Shown one piece after another: positions 12,447 through 22,976 of a stretch of DNA of 64,000 nucleotides (positions within the stretch are counted from its first letter, which is position 1; the number at the start of each line of letters is the position of its first letter). The translations under genes and the position numbers were made by a program. The notes below the pieces were generated by a model, which saw nothing but the letters and a program-made list of their open reading frames with translations, made no database searches and was not told the origin of the DNA. Source of the stretch: Octopus sinensis (lineage: Eukaryota); the NCBI RefSeq assembly GCF_006345805.1, contig NC_043016.1, positions 15,066,001 through 15,130,000 of the forward strand, written 5' to 3'.

Positions 12447-13345
12447 ACACTCAACAAAACATACACACACACATACTTACACACACACTCACTGCACGCG
12501 CACACACATGCATGACAAACACCCATACACTCACACTCACATACGCACACACCAACATAAACACGCACACGCACACACACACCTACACTCCCACACACAT
12601 ACACACGCACCTACATACACACACGCACGCATACACACGCATACACACATACATTACACACGTACACACACACCTACATACACATGCATACACACACACA
12701 CAAACATGCACGGACACACCCAGACATACACACATACACCTATATACACACGCCCACACACCTACATACACACACATATACACACGCCCACACACCTACA
12801 TACACACACATACACGGACACACCCATACATACTTACATACATACACCTATACACACACGCCTACACACCTACATACACACACATGCATACACACACACA
12901 CACATGTACGCACATACACACACATATATGCACATACATATATACCCACACACATGCACACACACACACACATACGCACATGCATGCATGCATGCACACG
13001 CGCACACCTACACGCATACACACACACACACGCACGTACACATACATACATACACACACGCATACATACACCCATACACATACATGCATCCTACACACAC
13101 ATACATACACACTCACACATACATACACACACACACACTCACTCACACACCTACATGCACATACACACACTTCCCCACACCCACACGTACATACATACAC
13201 ACTCATACACATACACACACACACACACATGGACATACATCTATGCACACACATACATACACACATACTCACATACATTCATCGGACACACTGCCACCCA
13301 GACATACACACAGACACACTCACACATCCACACACATACATACGC
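12400..13345. repeat. Long compound (TA)n/(AC)n/(ACAT)n microsatellite, about 0.9 kb
   Basis: Directly visible; source of the His/Thr and Cys/Val ORFs in the ORF track. Confidence 0.97.
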
Positions 13346-14057
13346 ACACACGCGCTTGTGCCGGTTCGCGCACGCATACGCGCCGCATGCACCTCGCTCT
13401 TGGACCCGACGAGACCTCCCGCCCGTTCCTGGGACCGTTGCATGTCGTTGGGTTTTCCCATGCCCGTCTCTGCGGGACCACTCTTCCATCTTCCCCTCAG
13501 CTGGAGTCCTTTTTCCTTAACCCCCCCCCTTTTTCGTTACACACTCGCGCACACATATACACACATTGTTTAAATATATACATTACTCTTACACACATTC
13601 AATCTACTCGCCATTAATACCACCACGACACTGGACACACACACACACTACTACTCAACACACGCTGGCACGCTACATACGCCCCCGCCCCTTCCCTCCC
13701 TCCCTTCCTCCTTCTTTTTCTTACTACTGACCTTGTCTGCTAAGCTGACCACTGTCTCGCCCTACCTCACCACGCCTACACACAGACACACCCACTAACC
13801 ACACATAATTTTTTTTTTGTTTTTTCATCTCGCCTCACACACACACATACACACACGCACACGCACACACTCACACATACACACACATCTGTTGCGTTAC
13901 CAACTTGTCTCCACTCTTTTGCCTTTAAAACCCACTTTGCTCTTGTTATCGTAAACATCCGCCTTTCACCATGTGCAACTCGTAAACACCAGTCGTTTTT
14001 TTCTCTTTTCCTGTTGCCCGCTCTGGGATCTTTCTTTCCTCTCTCTTCCTTCTTTAT

Positions 14058-14092
14058 GTTTCCGACGAAGAGCTCCGCTCGAAACGTCATAC
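14058..14092 (+). ncRNA. Minimal (dimer-type) hammerhead relic with a U4C core substitution
   Basis: gttt-CCGACGA-a-gagc(tcc)gctc-GAA-ACGT-C-atac: 4-bp stem II, palindromic ACGU stem III, GUC site; core C-C instead of C-U and one stem I mismatch. Confidence 0.55.
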
Positions 14093-14204
14093 CTCCCTGC
14101 TTCCATTTCCTGAGCGCCTATTAATAATAATACTGTAATTGTTCCATTGTTGTTGTTTTTTTGTTTCCCATTTGGATTAAAATTATATATATATATATAT
14201 ATAT

Positions 14205-14690
14205 CATCATCATCATCATTGTTTAACGTCCGTTTTCCATGCTGGCATGGGTTGGATGGTTCGACCAGGGTCTGGGAAGCCAGGAGGCTGCACCAGGCTC
14301 CAGTCTGATCTGGCAGTGTTTCTACAGCTGGATGCCCTTCCTAACACCAACCTTTCCATGAGTGTAGTGGGTGTTTTTTACTACCCACTGGCACAGGTGC
14401 CAGGGGAGGCTAGCAACAACCACGATCGGTTGGTGGTTTTTACGTGCCACCGACATGGAAGCCAGTCAAGGCAGTGCTGGCATCAGCCATGTACGGATGG
14501 TGCTTTTTAGGTGCCAGGGTAGGCTAGCAACGGCCACCAATGGTTGGTGCTTTTTACGTGCCACTGGCACGGAAGCCAGTCAAGGCAGCGCTGGCATCAG
14601 CCACATACAGATGGTGCTTTTTACATGCCACCAACACAGGTGCCGGGGGAGGCTGGCAATGGCCACGATCAGTTGGTGCTTTTTACGTGC
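14205..14690 (-). mobile_element. SINE or RTE-tail repeat family C with (GAT)n tail (further copies near 1440-1725, 6050-6260, 7975-8580, 14860-15050, 27950-28170, 28700-28880, 29325-29605, 33960-34440, 40900-41045, 42750-42890, 44910-45230, 49135-49320, 63350-63560)
   Basis: Recurrent ttaggaagggcatccagctgtagaaa...ccaacccatgctagcatggaa...cgttaaatgatgatg motif; this copy carries internal tandem ggtgctttttacgtgccac modules. Confidence 0.8.
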
Positions 14691-15399
14691 ATGCTATTAT
14701 TTATAACTTTATGTGTGTGCTTCAAGACCCACTGTTCCAAAAAAGAATTATTTTAAAAGAATGTTTAGCTTTTATAATTCATTGATGTGTACAATAAAGG
14801 AAACCCAGACACAGCTTATATTTGTTGTGAGGTTTTGTCTTGTGAGTTCTGAGGTGACCTTACCAATGTTGGTGCCACATAAAATGCACCCAGTACAATC
14901 TGTAAAGTCATTGGTGTTAGGAAGGGTAACCAACCATAGAAACAATGGACAGTTGAACAGTCCTTCAAAGTCTTCTGCCTTGCTAGCTCCTGTCAAACCA
15001 CCTAACCCATACCAGCATGGAAAACAGACATTAAATGGTGGTGGTGGTGGTATGTATGTATTATGTATGTTCAGTTCATTTGTATGTATAACTATGTATG
15101 TGCGTGCAAATTTGTATGTTTTATATAAGTATTCTCATGCATATTGTTGTGTATCTAGACATGCTCATTGATGGAGATAGATGTATGTATGTGTGTGTGT
15201 ATGTATGTATGTATGTATGTATTTATGTATGTATGTATGTATGTATGTATGTATATTTGTTCCAAAAAATAATTATTTCACATTCTCCCGAAAGTTTATG
15301 AATTCCATTTTTGTTTCAAATATATAAAGTTATTGAAAATTATATTGTGTTTCTTCCATTCCATTTATCCATTTTTGTTTTGTCTCTTTTATTCTGAAG

Positions 15400-15479
15400 G
15401 AGCTGATGCTATAGTAATGCATAGCAAAAAGAGTGATCCTTCAGACATTGAATCGTTTATGAAAGCTTGGAGCAATCAG
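15400..15479 (+). CDS. pepM: PEP mutase coding exon
   Basis: ctgaag| acceptor, CAG|gtaaga donor; (G)[26 protein letters not shown] with the GADA..MHS motif; phase 1 to 0. Confidence 0.95.
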
Positions 15480-16556
15480 GTAAGATATCTTTTTTTATAA
15501 ATATTGTTGGTTACCTACAGCCAGTCTTTTGAAAACCTGGAGATGATATAAGTAGATTTTGGTCTCTCTCTCTCTATGTCAATGGATTACACTTCTATAA
15601 TAATGTTCCTTAGATGCTATTAAACAAGAATTCTTTAAAATACCTCTTAGCATTTAAGAAGATAATTAAAAGCTACTTATAAAATTTACCTTGCAATGAT
15701 GTTTGAAGTATTTGTTCTTTTAACAGGAATAATTGAAGTTATTTAATCATTCAAAGCTTAAGAGTCTCACCATCCATACAGTGTTAAGAAAGAAATGAAT
15801 TGTCAAAAGCATCAAAGCAGATCTAAAACAATCTGCACTTCTAATGTCTAAACTTATACAGCAGAAAATTAATTACCTGGAAAATAATGGTAATCTCTTG
15901 TAGTCCAAGAAAGATGGTTCTGCATTTTCTTGCTGACCAACCTCCACAAATGTTTGGTTTATTGTGATAAAATGTTTGAGATGAATAGATTCATTCCTTC
16001 CATCAAATCAAGATTACCTGTACAGATGCACGGTGTACCACACGTCAGGTGTAAAAGTGATTGTGGAGCAATGTGAGATGAAGTGTTTTGCTCAAGAACA
16101 TAATGTACTGCTTGGTCTCGGAATCAAACTCACAATCTTGCAATCCTGAATGCAGCACACTAACCACCAGGCCACATTCCCCCCACTAAAACTAACTTCC
16201 ATTACACCTCAACCTTCCTGCAAGTGACTGACTGAAAAAAATTCAGAACTGCATCTGCAACAACCAGTACATATCCAAAAGGTCTTGCATTGGAGAATCT
16301 GGGAAACCACTAAAGACAAGTGTGAATGGAGGAACATCTAGATCAGGAATGGTCGAACGATTAATTTGCTGAAGTGGAAAATCTATAAATCTATGGAAGG
16401 AAAATCCATGCTTGATTCAGAACCACAGTGGAAACTTAGAAAGATAGAAGCAGTGTACAGCTTGTTGAAAAGCCACCCTTTAAGGCCAGCACATATATCA
16501 CTTCAACATGATCTCATGTACTGAAAAAAAATTATTTTTTTAAATGTCACATTAAT

Positions 16557-16777
16557 TACAAGGGGGTGCCGAAAAGTTCCTGGTTTTGGGTAAAAGAAAA
16601 TACAGGAATATCTGTTAATTATGATTCTATTCAACAAATTCCCCTCTCAGATTCACACACTTATTGCAGTGGTCCTTCAGTTTTTCTAAATCCCATAAAA
16701 GAACTCAGAAGGTTGGACCCCCAGCCAGACCTTTCACGATACCCTCAAAGCCAGAAACTTTACAGCACCCCCTTGTA
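16557..16777. mobile_element. Mariner-derived MITE with TIRs and flanking TA (related copy in the opposite orientation near 56195-56345)
   Basis: tacaagggggtgccgaaaagttcctgg ... ccagaaactttacagcacccccttgta inverted termini. Confidence 0.75.
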
Positions 16778-18796
16778 TACATGCAAAAGTAACATAGTGG
16801 ATAAGAGGGTTATCTATCTTTTGTTTAGAAATACAGATTCTGAGAACAATCCAATGTGGTTCTATTAAACTCATTCAAAAATAATTCACCTGATCATAGT
16901 CAAAGATCTAACTGATGAAAACATTGTTTAGATACAAATATTAAAACATATTTTCTTCACCTCTAAACATGAAGTTAACGGTCTGGAAAATTATAATTGC
17001 ATTTACAATCCATCTTAGACATTTAGACATTATTCTTACAACTTTCTTTAATATGGCTGTTTCAGAGACTTGTTTACCTCTCCACCACCACCACCACCCT
17101 TCTGTTATGTAATCATTATCAAATAAAGGTACTCAGAAATTTATTGGGACATTTTCTATTCTTAAATTAACTGAAGCCTAGCATAGGGAAGATCTGAAAT
17201 ATTGATTAAATTGGTTTGATCATAATTTGTAATTTGATCAGTATCATTTGCAATAATTTTGTTGATTCTTTTTTTCCTTTTTTTTTTGAAAATGCTATGT
17301 TGAATGTTGTAAAACAAAATGATTATCAAGAGTTTGGTTAATGGAAAGTCTTTCAGTGATATTTGTTTCATCTTCATCACTTCTTGTGTTTTATCAGTGT
17401 CCATAATATCAGAGTACCAATTCTTTGGCAATAGATTCTGTGGCACTTATTATCCCTTTGATGCATGAAATCCTGTAAAATCATTATTTCCATTTTCACT
17501 TGTGGACTCGTTCAAACATCAAGGCAGGCCACAATTACGCTCAGCCTGTCTTTAGCTGTGATGCTTCTTCCATCTTAGCAAAGAACCAAAGAACAGCTTT
17601 TATGTTCAATTTCTTGATAAATGTCATTTCAAACGTGTCACCGTTCACCACATCTAACATATGTGTGATGTGAAAGAGGAAAAAGATGGAAGCAAAGAGA
17701 GAATTGTGGTAGTCTTACCTGTCGGTCTGAAGAGGGTCACTCACAATGTCCGTGTGCTCCGTCTGCTGCCATACCATCTAATGTGGCTGCTTTCATGTGC
17801 CGTCTGTCACCAGCTGGCTGCTTGTGCCTTGCAGACCCCGCATGCCCACCATGCCCCTTCCAGTGGGACCCACAGACCCAACTTCTGACAGGACATGCAT
17901 ACTCCTGCACTTCTGGTCCTTCCCTACAACACAGTCTGGTTCATAACACCCCACCCTCCCCCGATATGAAAATCATTCAACCAACCTGCCCACGCTCTCT
18001 CCTCAACCCTGACCACATGCCTTAACTTGTTTCGTCATCAGCCAACAAGCGAAGAAGGCACTGCTTCCTCTGTAACCATCTTGGGACTTCAGGACTGGCC
18101 TCAGTTCCTGGCATGTTGCTGCTGGCTTCGTCCTCTTGTCCATTACTGTTGGCACCATCCTCTGTCACAGTGACAATCCTGCACACATCCAAAACATCAT
18201 ATGGCATGCCATTTCATGAAAAGTGAGGAATATTTAGTTCTGAGAAAATGCAATAATTCTTGGTCTTAGGTACCAGCATTTTTCTTATACGTGATTTCAG
18301 CTTTGGTTGTCCAAAAGAAAAAGATTTTGCAGTCTGCTGGCAGACCTACAGAAGTGTAGCATGCTCTGGCTTCTAGCACAAAAAATTTTCAAAACCATTC
18401 TAGAATAATATTTTTATTTGCATGGTATGTTACTGAGTAACCATTGACAGGCAAATATGTGTGTGTGTATGTGAGAGAGAGAGAGAGAGAAAAAGAGTGT
18501 TTATCTTTGTGCATAATGAAGATGATGATGACTATTATTGCTATTATTATTTATTATTGTTGTTGTTGTTGTTATTAAGGCGGTGAATTGCCAGAATCAT
18601 TAGTACATTGGGCAAAATGCTTAGCAGCATTTCATCCATCTTTAAATTCTGAGTTCACATTCCGCTGACGTTCATTTTACCTTTCATCCTTTTGGGGTCA
18701 ATGAAATAAGTACCAGTTGAGTACTGGGGTCAATGCACTCAACTATCCTCCTCCCCAAAATTTCAGGCCTTATGCCTAGAGAAGAAAAGATTGTTG

Positions 18797-19521
18797 TTTA
18801 CTTTTAATCTGCATATTTGTTACAACCACTTGCTGAGACACACCCAGCATCCTGGGGCAAGTGAAGGATAAGAAATGTTACAGTATGACTGAAAGCTTGG
18901 GGTAGGGAGGTAGTGAAATATCTTCATGTAATACAACACAGACATTTAAATGGATAGGGTTTTTCTAAGGATGTGGGCAATACTTGTAAGCACAATCTTT
19001 TGGATTTCTCTGAGACATGGGTCTCCTTATCTTGATGTTTCTGAAATCCCTGTGCTTTTTATTATTCAGCAAGCTGGCAGATTCATTAGCACTCCAGGCA
19101 AAATGCTTAGCGGTATTTTGTCTGCCATTACATTCTGAGCTCAAATTCCGCCAAGGTTGACTTAGCCTTTCATCCTTTTGGGGTTGATTAAATAAATACC
19201 AGTTACACACTAGAGTCAATGTAATCAACTTAATCCTTCTGCCTGTCCTTGTTTATCTCCTCTATGTTTATTATTATTTACTTTTAATCTGCATGTTTGT
19301 TACAACCACTTGCTGAGACACACCCAGCATCCTGGGGCGAGTGAAGGATAAGAGATATTACAGTATGACTGAAAGCTTGGGGAAGGGAGGTAGCGAAATA
19401 TCTTCATGTAATACAACACAGACATTTAAGTGGATAGGGTTTGTCAGCACAATCTTTTGAATTTCTCTGAGACATGGTTCTCCTGGTATCTTTTCTAGAT
19501 GTTTCTGACATCCCCGTGCTT
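18797..19521. repeat. Local direct duplication of about 250 bp of unique sequence (18797-19057 and 19277-19521) interleaved with SINE B copies
   Basis: Both copies begin tttacttttaatctgcat..gttacaaccacttgctgagacacacccagcatcctgggg; offset 480 nt. Confidence 0.92.
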
Positions 19522-19954
19522 CTTGTTGTTGTTGTTGTTGTTGCTGTTGTTGTTGTTGTTGTTTATTATTAAGGCAGTCAGCTGGCAGAATCATTAGCAT
19601 ACTGGGCAGAATGCTTACTGGCATTTCATCCACCTTAATGTTCTCGGTTCAAATTCTGCTGGGGTCGACTTTGCCTTTCATCTTTTCAGGGTCAATAAAA
19701 TAAGTACCAGTTGTGTACTGGGGTCGATGTAATCAACTTAACTCCTTCCCTAAAATTTCTGACCTTGTGCCAAAATTTGAAATCATTTAAAAAAATTTTT
19801 TTTTCGCTAAACCATTTAAATATTTGAATTTTCAGAGTTTACTTTTTATGCAATTAAGGAAATCTAAACCTTTATTGAAAACCTATTGCATGATCTTCTT
19901 ATGATCTTCTTACAGTTAATGATATGTTTCTAATTTATATATTTACTTAATTAG

Positions 19955-20131
19955 GCTCCTGTGATAATAATTCCAACAAAGTATTACACAGTTCCGACTC
20001 AACATTTCCGAGACTTAGGATGTTCTATGGTAATCTGGGCTAATCACAACTTGCGTGCCTCAATCACAGCTATGCAAAGTTTATCTGCAACAATCTACAA
20101 GGATCAGTCCCTTGTAAATGTTGAAAAAACG
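19955..20131 (+). CDS. pepM: PEP mutase coding exon
   Basis: aattag| acceptor, ACG|gtaagt donor; 59 codons [59 protein letters not shown] with the PTKY and [10 protein letters not shown] motifs. Confidence 0.96.
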
Positions 20132-20239
20132 GTAAGTTCTTTCCAGAATCTATAAAGATTTTTGCTTCCAAAAAATAGGAACGTATGTCAATATTCCTTT
20201 CACTAAGTCATATTGTTATCTTTATTTTTTATTTTTTAT

Positions 20240-20760
20240 TTGTTTCAGTCATTATACTGTGGCCATGCTGGGGCACCACCTTGAAGGGTTTTAGTTGAAC
20301 AAATCAATCCCAGTATATCTTTTATGTTTTACTTGTTTCAGTCATTGGACTGTGGCCATGCTGGGACACCACCTTGAAGGGTTTTAGTTGAACAAATCAA
20401 TCCCAGTATATCTTTTCTCTCTTACTTGTTTCAGTCATTGGACTGTGGCCATGCTGGGGCACCACCTTGAAGGGTTTTAGTTGAACAAATCAATCCCAGT
20501 ATATCTTTTATCTTTTTCTTGTTCAGTCATTGGACTGTGGCCATGCTGGGGCACCACCTTGAAGGGTTTTAGTTGAACAAATCAATCCCAGTATATCTTT
20601 TCTCTCTTACTTGTTTCAGTCATTGAACTGTGGCCATGCTGAGACAGAGTAAAGAAAGAAGAAAAGAACTGGCATTGATTTGTTCAACTCAAACCCTCCA
20701 AGGTGGTGCCCCAGCATGGCCACAGTCCAATGACTGAAAAAAGTAAAACATAAACGATAT
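20240..20760. repeat. About 4.3 tandem units of about 93 bp followed by one inverted unit (20668-20760)
   Basis: Units start near 20240, 20333, 20426, 20519 and 20611; the unit is the reverse complement of the SINE A 3' tail. Confidence 0.93.
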
Positions 20761-20856
20761 CAATATGAAATAGCAATCAAATTATATTAAATCTTCAATC
20801 TTTAATTTTAATTATTGTTAAATTCTATCTTTATCAATATGGTCTGACTTGAGCAG

Positions 20857-20952
20857 ATGAACAAGTACATGAAAATTCGTCAAATTGGCCAGGGGTCATT
20901 CGGTAAAGTGTTCCTGGTTAGACATAAACAATCTTTTGTGAATTATGTTATT
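20857..20952 (+). pseudogene. NEK/NIMA-family Ser/Thr kinase N-terminal fragment (subdomain I-II) in the last PepM intron
   Basis: MNKYMKIRQIGQGSFGKVFLVRHKQSFVNYVI: Met start, Y..I..IGxGSFGKxxLV glycine loop and YVI strand as in NEK1/3/5 N-termini; stops just before the catalytic Lys (YVIKEI) and runs into an (ATT)n tract. Confidence 0.65.
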
Positions 20953-20979
20953 ATTATTATTATTTTTTATAATTTGCAG

Positions 20980-21063
20980 GTAGCTCCTGTGAAAGAAATA
21001 TTCCGTCTGCAACGTGACCATGAACTGGTTGAAGCTGAAAAAATCTATTTACCTCAAAGATGA
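20980..21063 (+). CDS. pepM: PEP mutase terminal coding exon
   Basis: ttgcag| acceptor; VAPVKEIFRLQRDHELVEAEKIYLPQR-stop(TGA), matching the PEP mutase C-terminus V.EIFRLQ. Confidence 0.95.
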   Translation, partial: VAPVKEIFRLQRDHELVEAEKIYLPQR

Positions 21064-21125
21064 GCTAAGATGATATTTTAATTTTTTTTTTAATCTTTTG
21101 AAATAAGAAACAAATCATTGTTGGG

Positions 21126-21131
21126 AATAAA
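21126..21131 (+). terminator. Candidate polyadenylation signal (AATAAA) for PEP mutase
   Basis: First AATAAA about 60 nt after the stop codon; AT-rich context makes chance occurrence likely. Confidence 0.3.
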
Positions 21132-21423
21132 TTTTGGGGCTATTGTTTGTTTCTTTTTTTTTTTTTGTTAAATTTTCAAATCATTTTTCTGTGTCGGTAA
21201 ATATTGGTATTTTCCCTAACTGATAAAAACTTCAGTTAACATTCTGATCGTTTTCTTTTTTCTGGCTTTATATGGTGTTATTACAGAATATCAATGAATG
21301 ATAATAACTTGACTTTTGTCTACGATTTTTTTTTTTTACATTTTTTGAATGGAAATTATATTTCTTAAGAGCTTTGAAAAAAAAATTATTTATATACATG
21401 TGTATACACAAATATATATACAC

Positions 21424-21460
<37 letters not shown>

Positions 21461-21507
21461 CACACGACATATATACACTCACCCACACACACACACATGC
21501 ACGCATA

Positions 21508-22419
21508 TACAAGGTAGTATCAACAATTCCCGGACTAATTATGTTTAATAAAAAATAACTTATTTACCAAAGTTTTAGTATCATCTCCTTTGAAATAGTC
21601 ACCTTGCACAGCAATACACCTGTCCCAGCATTCCTGCAACTTTTGGAATCTGGCCTGGAAGTCGTTTTCCATGAGTTGAGGACCTTCTGTGATTCCATCT
21701 GGATCTTGACAACAGTGTTAATACAGTGATCTTTAAGCTGCATTTTCATCTTGGGGAAAGAGATGGAAGTCCACAGGTGCTAAATCTGGCGAATAGGGCA
21801 GGTGCAGAAGTGATACCGTGTAGTTTTTAGTGAGAAACTCAAGAATGAGAAGAGCTCGGTGACAGGGTACATTGTCATTGTGAAGAATCCAATTCTTCAC
21901 GCTTCACAGACCTGGTTGCTTTCGCTGAATGTCCTCTCTCAAATGCTTCAAAACATCGTTGATTCTCCTCTGACGATCTTCATACACGAATCTTCATACA
22001 TGAATTTTCTCCACATTTCTTGGGGTGGCACTCATGGCAAGTCTTCAAGATCACTCATCGTCTTCCCGGGACATTCTTCCACTTTTGTAGCACCTGTGCC
22101 ACTTGAAACATTGCATATGACCCATTGTCTCATCACGGTAAATTTGCCGAACCATGCTCAATGTCTCTGTAGCAGACTTCCCGATTTTAACACAAAATTT
22201 CGCGTTGGCACTTTGTTCCAACTTCCTGTCCATGACAAACACACATACACATGTAATCGCAAAAACACAAATTTCACAACTTGTCAAGTAAACACAGTGA
22301 TGTCACTCGGCATACTGTCTCATGAAGGTCACTGCTAGCTTTCACTGCACACACAATCATGTGCTGTCATCTGTTGGCATGCTACTGAACTAGTCTGGGA
22401 ACTTTTTGATACCACCTCA
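21508..22419 (-). mobile_element. Internally deleted mariner element with both TIRs
   Basis: Termini tacaaggtagtatcaacaattcccggacta and tagtctgggaactttttgataccacctcata; minus ORF MDRKLEQSANAKFCVKIGKSATETLSMVRQIY..CFKWHRCYKSGRMS (mariner HTH). Confidence 0.85.
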
Positions 22420-22899
22420 TAGAGCTTGGTGCTGGTCTACATCAACAAGGCTTGTCTTATTTAGTAAAATCCATAAAAAGGAGCATAGGGAAGTTACTAT
22501 GGGGAATGGAAAATCAAGCATTTTAGACAGACCTTGTCACCATGGCAACTCCATTGTACTCTTTTTAAGGATTTTTTTATAAATATTCATACATACACAC
22601 ACATTATTAAAACAGTGAGTTCAACAAAAGGTGTTTTATTTTACTGGAGATACTGCTACTCCTTATATACCTAGTGGCAGAGTAGATTGAATTTGAAGAA
22701 ATAATGAGGGTGGTAGCAATAACAATCATCATCATCATCATCATGTATCCATCTTTCTATTCTATTTACATTTGAACCATTCTTTATTTTTGCATCCCTT
22801 TTTCTACTTTTTTCCATCAATTATCCACCCATTTCATTTTATTCCTGATTTTAGTTTTTGCATTTCCTTTATTTCATCTTCATCGTTCTGCCAATATAT

Positions 22900-22976
<77 letters not shown>

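Noticed and set aside
12403-13617. 404-aa, 388-aa and 278-aa His/Thr-rich ORFs and their Cys/Val antisense ORFs
   Set aside because: Translations of an (AC)/(ACAT) microsatellite; open in several frames; no splice or domain evidence
20240-20641. CRISPR-like regular repeat array
   Set aside because: Eukaryotic intron, no unique spacers, 93-bp units derived from a SINE tail, no cas genes
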